Source: Octopus sinensis (Eukaryota). From it: DNA of 64,000 nt. The notes under the pieces were generated by a model. The model searched no databases. It worked only from the letters and a program-made list of their open reading frames with translations, and was not told where the DNA came from. The DNA lies in NCBI RefSeq assembly GCF_006345805.1, contig NW_021833052.1:1-64000 (forward strand), written 5' to 3'. The position numbers were made by a program, and so were the translations under genes. Positions 54,437-64,000 of the stretch are shown here, in pieces (the first letter of the stretch is position 1; each line of letters opens with the position of its first letter).

Positions 54437-55652
54437 CATCATCATCATCATCATCATCCTCCTCCTCCTCCTCCTCCTCCTCCTCATCATCATCATCATC
54501 ATCATCCTCATCATCATCATCATCATCATTTTGTTTTTCATATGGCGTAAGTGTTCTTTAGTTTAAAGTGAGCGAATTTTCTGTCGCTCCTTTTCTCGGT
54601 CGTGTAGTAAGATGAAAAGACATTCAAATGTTTACCAATGAGGGTTTACCAATGAGTAGCCAGGCGTGTATCGAACTGTTTCTTAATTCTGTTGCATCTC
54701 CGGTTATATTTGTTTGAGAGTTAATGTTAGATATCTTGATAAAATGTGAAGTACCATTTAAAGAAAGTATATCTTTGAATTGACATTTCACAAGTACGTT
54801 TATTCGAATACGTAGATGCACGTATTATAACATCTCAACAGATCTGGAGATGATGGCCTGTTGTTCTCTGACAAATGCTGCTTCTACAGTAGAGAATTCG
54901 GTACCTGGTTGTATTGATTACGTAAGAGAATGCTTTTACTATTGCCATAATGTTCATTTAAAATGACATTTACATGTGTCCCTTGTTTTTGTTTGTTCGA
55001 AATCCAAACTAAATCTGGGGTAGAATTTTGTTACTGCATTAATAATAATAATCGATTTATTATCCTTTGTACGTTTAAAGTCAACAAGGTTACATAGCAA
55101 GCCTTGTAAGCTGATAGGAAAGTGAGGACACCTGATAGCAATTTTCCTGGACTATTCCCTAATAATTTAATAATCCCTTGTCACCTTCATTATATTTCAG
55201 ACTTTATTGCTTAACACATAATATGTTCGATAATATCCATGGTTACGATATATACTATATAAATATATTGCCCTCCAGTTCAATACTACAAAATAATATA
55301 TCATGGCTAATAAATATGTATTAATGATACACGATGTGTTGTTATTCAATTAAGCCTTCTATTTTCAGTATTTTGTATTGTAAAAGTTTGGTGAATTTTC
55401 GAAACTGAAGAATTTTCATTGTCTTCCTTAAAGCGTTTCGCGACTCTCAAGCTAATGACAATTCGCAGCATATAATTTTAAATCTTCCACGAAGAGAAGC
55501 TGATAGATGTACATGGTCTTTTCCGAATAAAGCAAATTAAATCTTGTTTGTTAGCCAACACAAACGTAGATAGCATCGAATAAAGTGACGACTAAATAGA
55601 TTATCTCATTGCGATATCACAGTAGATATTTTTGTGAAGCAGAACATAATGC

Positions 55653-56238
55653 GGATCTTTTCGGTTTGGACGGCAGTTTTTAACATAATTTCTAGGTAAC
55701 TAAAAAAATTTAAACTTCGTATACTGGTAGAATGTGTTTATAAAACATCTTTTTCTCTTGGCTTTATTGAGAAAATTCTATAGTTTGTAAGATATTTGGT
55801 CTTTGATTTCTTTAATTTCTGCAATTTTAACCAATCACTGGCGTCTATTGAGTTAAAAAGCATTCTGTGCCGTATGAATATGTCCCTCGTTTAAGAAACA
55901 CATTGGGTTTATTTACATTTGTTAGGGTTAGGGTTAGGGGTGGGGGGAAGGGTATCTTTTTTTCTTCACAAATGTAAATAAACCCAATCTGTTTCTTGAA
56001 CGAGGGACATATTCATACGGCACAGAATGTTTTCACCTCAATAGACGGTCATTAATTGGTTGAAATTGCCGAAATGCAAGAAATTAAAGACCAAATATGT
56101 TACAAACTATAGAATTTTCTCAATAAAAACAAGAGAAAAAGATGTTTTCTAAACACATTCTACCAGTAAACGAAGTTTAAAATTTTTTAGTTACCTAGAA
56201 ATTATTTTTAAAAACTGCCGTTCAAACCGAAAAGATCC
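55653..56238. mobile_element. Foldback element: ~270-bp inverted arms, TTAGGG/G-rich loop, apparent 8-bp TSD
   Basis: Arms 55653-55922 and 55968-56238 (roughly 90% identical by eye); loop TAGGGTTAGGGTTAGGGGTGGGGGGAAGGG...; flanks CATAATGC / CATAAAGC. Confidence 0.9.
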
Positions 56239-56515
56239 CATAAAGCCACACTTTTGTTGGCGACCATAAGATATGACTGGCTGTTATTGTTGTTTTAAAC
56301 TGTAGTGTTATCAAATTTCGGGATTTTGAGCATTTTGATGAGTGCAAGTGAGACTGAATGAAATCCTTTCCAACAGTAAATTCATTCCTATTACACTTTT
56401 CAAATCATTTAGTACTCCCTTGTTAATAAGGAGCCGCTCATTTGTTTCAGAGGATTCATGCATGCAATCGTCGATAGAATTAAATTCTTCGTTCCTAAAT
56501 TATCTCTCATTCTCG

Positions 56516-56731
56516 CTTTTACTCTTTTACTCTTTTACTTGTTTCAGTCACGTGACTGTGGCCATGCTGGAGCATCGCCTTTAGTCGAGCAAATCGACCC
56601 CAGGACTTATTCTTTGTAAGCCTAGTACTTATTTTATCGGTATCTTTTGCCGAACCGCTTGGTTACGAGGACATAAACATACCAACATAAACACAGACAC
56701 ACAAACATATACACCCACATACATATATATA

Positions 56732-56781
<50 letters not shown>

Positions 56782-56962
56782 TATATATATTATATACGAC
56801 GGACTTCTTTCAGTTTCCGTCTACCAAGTCCACTCACAAGGCTTTGGTCGGCCCGAGGCTATAGTAGAAGATACTCACCCAAGTTGCCACGTAGTGGGAC
56901 TGAACCCGGAACCATGTGTTTCGTAAGCAAGCTACTTACCACACAGCCACTCCTAGGCCTAT
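56516..56962 (-). mobile_element. SINE family A, full length
   Basis: Head at 56890-56962, (AGTAAAAG)n tail at 56516-56540. Confidence 0.92.
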
Positions 56963-57440
56963 GAAGATATTTGAGAAACTGTAAATTAATTGTAGGTAAG
57001 TTATTGGTACTCAGGTAAATTGCCATTTATTAGTGGCCATCGTTTTCTTTCAAAATAAGTAACCATCTCGATACTGGTTCAAACTTAGTCGTACTTTGCA
57101 CGTTGTGTGAAACTCAGACATGAAAGGAAATATCCATGACAAGTACACACACTTATTATTAGAGGAAACCAATAATGTAGCATCTTCTGAAACAAAAACA
57201 AAACAGCCACACTAACACAGAACAAAAGGTCAGACATCTTCCGATTCCTCGAAATGAAAAGATGATGGGTGTGACCGGGAAAATTCAGAGAAATAGCAAA
57301 AGTAAAAAAGAACGACTAAGTGGAAAAAAGAGGAGACGAGAGATACCTGCGCTCGTACCCCCAAATTTCGAATATTACCTCTCTTCCAAACATTTGAAGC
57401 TTAGCAAAAAAACAAAAAGAAAACGAAATTGCACATGCAT

Positions 57441-57872
57441 ATAGGCGCAGGTGTGGCTGTGTGGTAAGTTGCTTGTTTACAAACCACATGGTTCCGGGTT
57501 CAGTCCCACTGCGTGGCACCATGGGCAAGTGTCTTCTACTATAGCCTCGGGCCGACCAAAGCCTTGTGAGTGGATTTGGTAGACGGAAACTGAAAGAAAC
57601 CCGTCGTATATATGTATATATAAATGTGTGTGTGTGTATGTTTGTGTGTCTGTGTTTGTCCCCCCAACATCGCTTGACAACCGACGCTGGTGTGTTTACG
57701 TCCCCGTAACTTAGCGGTTCGGCAAAAAAGACCGATAGAATAAGTACTGGGCTTACAAAAGAATAAGTCACGAGGTCGAGTTGCTCGATTAAAGGCGGTG
57801 CTCCAGCATGGCCGCAGTCAAATGACTGAAACAAGTAAAAGAGTAAAAGAGTAAAAGAGTAAAAAGAAAGAG
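57441..57872 (+). mobile_element. SINE family A, full length
   Basis: ggcgcaggtgtggctgtgtggtaag...ggttcagtccc...tgactgaaacaagtaaaagagtaaaagag. Confidence 0.93.
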
Positions 57873-57909
57873 AATATACACGTCAGCCTACTGATCAACA
57901 GCAAAAACA

Positions 57910-58281
57910 GTGGAGGCGCAATGGCCCAGTGGTGAGGGCAGCGGATTCGCGGTCGGAGGATCGCGGTTTCGATTCTCAGACCGGGCGTTGTGTGTGTTTA
58001 TTGAGCGAAAAGACCTAAAGCTCCACGAGTCTTCGGCGGGGGGGGGCACCCCTGTTGTACTCTTTCGCCCCAACTTTCTCTCAATCTTTCTTCCTGTTTC
58101 CTGTCCCCGACTTCCTACGCAACCGCTGAGCCTGGATGCGCATTCATCCATTCGTCGATGTTCTCGGTGCTTTCTCTTCTGCGGGTCTTACGAATAGCAA
58201 AGGACCAGGTTTCGGACTTCTCCCACTTGAGAAAGACCGCTACGCTCAACATCAACATCAAGAGCAACAGCAACAACAACA
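57910..58281 (+). mobile_element. SINE with family-B head and body but a different 3' tail ending in (CAA)n
   Basis: 57910-58100 aligns with 23077-23271; the sequence after 58100 is unrelated to the B tail. Confidence 0.85.
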
Positions 58282-58339
58282 TAAAAATAATGTCCTCTTT
58301 TGTCTCTGTTGTATATCTTAGCGCTGGAACACTTGAAAT

Positions 58340-58880
58340 AGAACACAAGTGAGCTGTGGGTATATACGTAGATCAGATAACTTATTGGAAATCAGAGTAG
58401 CAGGTATCATGCTGGAGAAGTACTCGGAAGAAATATGAACACACATCACCTATAATAAATCTGTGGGCTTGCACCTCATCAGCTGGAGTGACAAGTTCTT
58501 GGAGTCTGGTTTAGACTAGACCTCCAAGTGGATAAAACTGGGAAAAGATCATAAGCGGTTAATAGGAGTGGTTACGATTCTTCTTTCATGTGACACGTCT
58601 CTTTGACCAAGCCGTAGTTCTAGGTCAAGCTCAGGTCGAAGTTGGGCCTTTGACATCTGAAATGTTGCCAGACTGCACCCTATGTGATCGGTGGAGTGAT
58701 ATTCCCGCATTTATAGACAGATAGTGGAAGATATAAAAGATGACAGCGTAAGAGATATTCTGGGCTTGACGGGGTTATCTTCTGGAGAACTTTCAGATTA
58801 GATAATATGAATAGTTTCCGGAACTCCTTGGCCTGATTTTGCTACAGAGAGGAGGCATTGCATGATCGGGATAACCATTA
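58340..58880 (+). mobile_element. Decayed L1/Tx1-like reverse transcriptase region (frameshifts, stops, deletions)
   Basis: Ordered motifs YVDQIT (degenerate YADD), MLEKYSEEI*THITYNKSVGLHLISW, VLGVWFRLDLQVDK(N)W and FRNSLA*FCYREEALHDRD resemble L1/Tx1 RT domains 5-7 and the downstream region. Confidence 0.6.
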
Positions 58881-58883
58881 GAG

Positions 58884-60900
58884 CAGTGGTTTTCAATAGT
58901 TTATTTTTACCTCATGCTGCACTGGAATTCAAATAAACAAAAGGTAATGGCACAACTTTCATGGAAATTTTACGGAATTGTGTATTAGAAATAGATATTT
59001 AGAAAAATATATGGAAAACACCCTATCTTCTTTTATCAATCCTATTTGAGTGAAACATAAGGCTCATACATTTTTAGTGATATTTGGGGCATATGTGCGA
59101 TTAAGCAGACTCTTATTTCTTTCTCCGTACATTGAACAGCAGGTAGCTTCTATTTCTCCATTTAATGTTGGTGAAGAAAACTCTGGAAGCACTCCGTCGG
59201 TTACGACGAAGAGGGTTCCGGTTGATCCGATCAACGGAACAGTCTGCTCGTGAAATTAACGTGTAAGTGGCTGAGCACTCCACAGACACGTGCACCCTTA
59301 ACGTAGTTCTCGGGGATATTCAGCGTGACACAGAGAGTGACAAGGCCGGCCCTTTGAAATACAGGTACAACAGAAACAGGAAGTAAGAGAAAGTTGTGGT
59401 GAAAGAGTACAGCAGGGATCACCACCATCCCCTGCCGGAGCCTCGTGGAGCTTTAAGTGTTTTCGATCAATAAACACTCACAACGCCCGGTCTGGGAATC
59501 GAAATCGCGATCCTACGACCTCGAGTCCGCTGCCCTAACCACTGGGACATTGCACCTCCACAAAGAAAACTCTAATTCCCTTCAAACAATTTTGAAAACT
59601 GAATGTAAATATACTGACGTTTTATATTTTTTAATGTTTAACTACTGAAGAATATTTCTCTGATGGAAAACCAAAACTTTTCAAGAGACAGCTTCTCATA
59701 TTTGAGTTTTAATCTACGATCATTGGATGTGAAATCTGTCTATTCTGAGGTTTTCAAACCAACGTTAGTTGGAATTTTCATGAAAGGGTTTCACACACAT
59801 TCATATTGTTCCGTTTGATGATAGAAAATAAAAGCCCAATTTCTCTTCTACATATGTTATATGTTCCACTACGATGGGAGTTATTTATTTCATATGAGTT
59901 ATATTTATGAAAGGAAACATTTTGGAATTGCTTATTATTTTTTCTAGCTTTCCTTTTCCAACGTATTTTTTAATGAAACGCTGTTAGGCTATGCATAATT
60001 TTCAGATTTTCATATTTACGTTGTATACATACTTCAGATAACTTTAGGTGCTGAAATATACTTTCCAGGCTAGAAATCAAAAATTTCATAAATTGCAGAT
60101 GTTCATAAAAGTGTTTTTAATTTACTTCAAGAATGTCTTTCTGAAAATCATGCACGCGATGAAGCATGAATTCCTTTTGACAGTCATTTCACATCGGAAT
60201 GTAAAAATATATTTAACGTCTGTTGTGAAAAATATGCTTGTACAAATTTTCAAGTTTTCTCGAACGAAAAACACAAAAAATTATCTTAAATTGATTATTT
60301 TAATAAAATTAACTATTTCGGCAAATTGATGTAAAAACCTGCTTCAGCTCAACTCTCAATGATTTTGCAGTCAAGGCATCTCTGTACAATTTCTAAGTTA
60401 TCATAAAATATATTTTTACAGGTGTTGTAAACTCTTTCATACAGTCACTATTGAGGAAACTTCATCGTTACACAGCATCCATGATAATTCCCATTTTTCA
60501 AGGAAATTATATGAAATATGAACATTATCCTAACTTCTTTCCAGAGCGTGGCGTTATTTACTCTTTGATCGTCATCAATAAAATGAATGAATGCCACTAC
60601 TGGCACTTAGTTGATTATGCCTCTTCACTCATCAGCTTGCACAGTAATATTTCAGTTTTTACGTTTATTACGTCATAACTTCTCCAACTTGGAAACAAAC
60701 AATTTCAAAATGTGCCGACGTGTATCATTTTTTTCCTCAATTCTTGTTCTGTTTCTGGCATGATTTCGTATTGTTTTAATAATGTTTCTGCATGTAGCCA
60801 TTATAATTAACACAGCTAAAGTATAAAAATGCGCTGTTTTTTGTGCAACTGTTTCCGATATTCCATAAAACGTAATTGGAAGCTGTTTCAGAAATTACTA
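58884..60900 (-). mobile_element. Decayed hAT (Buster/Charlie-like) DNA transposon
   Basis: Minus-strand motifs in the expected order: KNDTRRHI, VQADE*...VAFIHFIDDD (~60628-60645), AEIVNFIK, LHSDVK*LSKG (60172-60201, compare HTEVRWLSRG), LKYEKLSLEKFW (~59670). TIR-like CAGTGGTTTTCAA at 58884 is preceded by CATTAGAG (nnnTAnnn). The other end was not located. Confidence 0.8.
59184..59561 (-). mobile_element. SINE family B inserted in the hAT remnant
   Basis: Reverse complement of 23077-23460. Confidence 0.92.
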
Positions 60901-61544
60901 AATCTTAGATATTTTCATGTATCGTCTGTCGTTCTGACAATACCATCGAGACCCAGCAGGCTCCGGGGCTTAAAATAATTTGAGTCGAATTCATTAATAT
61001 AGGAGTGCTCATGTTTTAAATGTCTAATTAAGTACCATTAATTCGTTTGTCGTTCTATATCAATATTCTGATCGCAGCAGAAAAGTTGATGGAAGAAATG
61101 GTTAAAATTTAAATAATGACGCAGACAATTTCAAAATGGAAACCACCCTCAACTATGTTACTTAAGAGAAGATTATTTATCATATAAATGAAAGGGGAAC
61201 GAGAAAGAGAGGAAGTGATAGATTGATAGAGAGAGAGAGAAAGAGAGATACCAAGTATATCTAAAAGCGTGTGGTAAAATTACCAACACGTCGAATAAAT
61301 AACTGTAATAATCTTTTGTGCTACAGGCACAAGGCCTGAAATCAAGGGCCCGGGAACAGGAAGTGCAGCGTGTGCACCTGCACCCTTTGGAATTTTCAGG
61401 TGGTGCAAGATCAAAATTTGCACCCCTACACAATTTTACCAGTTTCAGAAAATAGTGTCTAAAAAATTATCTGTATAAGATGCTTGAAGCTAGATTTCGT
61501 TTCAGAGCAAAAACAAAGAACAAAAAGAGAAAAGTAAAAGTGAT

Positions 61545-62475
61545 GAAGCTGGGCTTAAAATTTATACGATTTCGCAGTGGAAACCTGGGCCTTGAAGATC
61601 GTAAGCGTAGTGGAAGCCCATCTGTCATCGATTACGGTCAATTAAAGAACGTCATTGAGAAAGATCTACGCAAAACCACTCGAGAACTGGCAAAAGAACT
61701 TCAAGTTAGCCAGAAAACTGCCTACAACCATTTGTATGCGATCGAAAAATCCAAAAGCTCGACAAATGGGTACCACATGAGTTGAATGAAATTCAGAAAA
61801 TGCGCAGACATGAAATTTGCTCGTCACTTCTTCTCCGTAACTAGACCGATCCATTTCTCGACCGTTCGTAACTTGCGATGAAAAGTAGATTCTGTACGAT
61901 AATAAAAAGGAAGCAGCGAAAACCTTCCCTAAACCCGAGTTCATCAAAAATAAGGTTATGGTAACTGTTTGGTGTGTACTGCTGGACTCACTCATTATAA
62001 CCTCTTAAAACCCTGAAAAACCATTACTGTAGAAACATATTGCCATGAAATTCCCCAAATGAACGAAAAACTGATACTCCTCCGTCCCAGACTGGTCAAC
62101 AGATGAAGGTCAACCATTCTTCATGACAATAATCGACCACACCTTTCAGTAATGACGTCCAGAAATTGAGGAAACTTGGCTAAGAAGTTCATCCCCAGAT
62201 GTGTGTCCTATCGGCTACCACATTTTCAAGCACCTTGAGGGTTTCCTACAAAAGAAGGGGTTCAAAAATCAAACCGTTTCTGAAAGCGCTTCAAAGACTT
62301 TATCAGCTCCAGAACTCCAGATTTTTATGTTACCAGAATAAACAAATTTGTAACCCGTTGGCAAAAATGTGCTGATTTTAATTGTACTTATTTAAATGAA
62401 TAAAATTTCCGTATTGTTGAAATATATTGTGATGAATTTAATGTACCAAAATGTTACTTTTTACTCAGCCTGATA
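61545..62475 (+). mobile_element. Mariner (DD34D-type) transposase pseudogene, 5'-truncated, with 3' TIR remnant
   Basis: RFRSGNLGLEDRKRSGSP (HTH region), K(W)VPHELNE, TCDEK*, HDNNRPH, PDVCPIGYHIF, RWQKC across frameshifts and stops; ends ...ttactttttactcagcctgaTA. Confidence 0.92.
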
Positions 62476-62817
62476 GCTTAACACAAATAATTTTCTAAAT
62501 CAAAAATATAAACGTAATTTTTTTTTAAATTGCGGGAAAAAGCAGAAGTATAAAAGAAAAAACATTGCACGCTCTATTTGATGAAAATTTTAAGAAATTT
62601 ATTTAGCAAATTCTAACTTCAGCAGCTACATTTTAAGATTTTTTTTCCTGTCCTGTACTCTTCCAGGCATAATTAATGAACTTTTCCGAGTTCAATACTA
62701 GAATATTCTAGCACTCTGCACCCGCATTTCCCCCTCTGGTCCACTCTTTTCCATGCAACGCTTCTACTATTATTATTAATTATAGTTTTCTTCATATTTT
62801 TCATTGTCGTACTACTA

Positions 62818-63180
62818 ATAACAAGAGCACTTAGAGAGCGCAAACGTCCGCCAAGGCAACACCAACGTCCTCTCAATGATTAGCCAGAGATAAATTTTAA
62901 AATCAGAATATCTGAAATAAACTCGACTGCTCTCACAAATGAGAATACTAAAAGTGAAACTGACCGCTCTCAAAAATTAAATAAAAATACAAGAAAAATA
63001 ATCCAGAATCCTTGTCTGGTACCAGATCGACCCCAAAATCTAATCAGCTCGTGCCAGTTACGAGGCCAAACATCTCTGATTCGAATCCGGCCAGCAGTTC
63101 TTGAGATATCTTGTTCACGAACAAACAAACAAACACGACTGAAAACAATACCTCCGCCTTAGCGAAATCGGAGTTAATAA
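62818..63180. mobile_element. Non-autonomous Helentron-type (HINE/DINE-1-like) element
   Basis: Start ataacaagagcacttagagagcgcaaacgtccgccaagg, (CAAA)n microsatellite, terminal stem-loop ctccg-ccttagcgaaat-cggag followed by ttaataa; CTCCGCC-like motif near both ends. Confidence 0.6.
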
Positions 63181-63229
63181 AACAGAAATATTTTAGATTA
63201 ATAAAAAATAAGTTTTAAATCAAACATAT

Positions 63230-64000
63230 TAGCTTGGATTTTAAAATATTTGCAGTAAAAAGCAAAACGTTAAAAGAACACACAAGACGCAAAGTGCACA
63301 CACTTTTTGATGAACAATTTCAGAAATTCATTTTGATCCAAATTTCCAAAATACCTTCAGTTTCATTTTTTCTCGGCTTTTGTTTGATAGCTAGTTACAC
63401 ATCTGTTCATTGCCATTCTGTTTTCGCCCAATATATAGACAGTTAAAATTTTCCTGCCATATTAAAAATAGTAAAGGATATAATCACAGAAAATATTTTC
63501 AACTGATTTTCTTTGAAGATTATAAAGCGTTTTAACGCCTTTTCCATTTCTGCTGAATTTGACACTTTCGGTAGCCGTGAAGAAATTAAATCTTCGTTCA
63601 GCCTTAGGAAAGCCAAATCGACATTTTTTGACCATATTTTTTTTTTTCTTCTTCAATAAATTCTCCAGCACGTTTCGTTGCGTGAATGCATTAAAAAACG
63701 ACGGATCAAATTGTAAAGAATGAGACTAGATACTAAAAATGGCAATTTGCTGGTAATATAGTGTTCTATAAATTTTCGATTTTTTTCTGGAAAATCTTTG
63801 TCATAAATACGTGCTTGATGCTCCCAGATTTTCATATGAATATGGGGAGCCCCTCGTTGTTGATTGCCTTTTCTCCAAAAATATTGTGAGACGTTGCCAA
63901 AATCGTATTGTTCTTGCCAAAAACACTTTATTCATTATAACTTGTAATCTGTGATGAAAAAGTTCACTAACACCAACGGCATCATTTACGCACAAAGTGC
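63230..64000 (-). mobile_element. Helitron/Helentron Rep (HUH endonuclease) remnant, running off the window end
   Basis: QYFWRKGNQQRGAPHIHMKIW (HUH motif H-I-H at 63836-63844), KFIEHYITSKLP, KCRFGFP, LYNLQRK, YPLLFLIWQEN and VTSYQTKAEK occur in Rep order with frameshifts. Confidence 0.88.

Noticed and set aside
54600-55620. Unique AT-rich kilobase with short ORFs
   Set aside because: No recognisable motif, repeat structure or convincing splice pattern.

Overview
Eukaryotic, AT-rich, almost entirely repetitive DNA. The SINE families and microsatellite load look like an octopod cephalopod (Octopus); this is inferred from recognising the repeats, not from a database search. No complete protein-coding gene, rRNA, true tRNA or CRISPR array is supported, and nearly all long ORFs in the track are artefacts of simple repeats. 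About half the window is giant low-complexity arrays: ~12 kb (TATG)n at 9.9-22.0 kb, ~3.5 kb of (TG)n-type sequence at 27.5-31.0 kb, ~11.5 kb of a CAC/CAT/CAA array with a 42-bp unit at 37.2-48.9 kb, and ~1.8 kb (GAT)n at 49.1-50.9 kb. The rest is a pile of transposable elements: three tRNA-derived SINE families (my labels A, B, D), a ~555-bp element embedded in (AAT)n (my label C), and decayed remnants of RTE, L1/Tx1, Penelope (GIY-YIG), hAT (Buster/Charlie-like), mariner and Helitron/Helentron elements, plus several inverted-repeat/foldback elements. The most unusual structures are: a family of inverted-repeat elements carrying telomeric (TTAGGG)n, one of them a ~586-bp foldback with a G-quadruplex-type loop and an apparent 8-bp TSD; a 93-bp-arm palindrome next to a Penelope endonuclease remnant; a 204-bp multi-hairpin element; a CRISPR-mimicking array of an invariant 28-bp motif with microsatellite spacers; a minisatellite built from a SINE head-tail fusion; and higher-order periodicity inside the giant arrays. 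A few small minus-strand candidate exons may indicate the window lies in introns of a large gene (low confidence). None of this amounts to a demonstrated new biological system.
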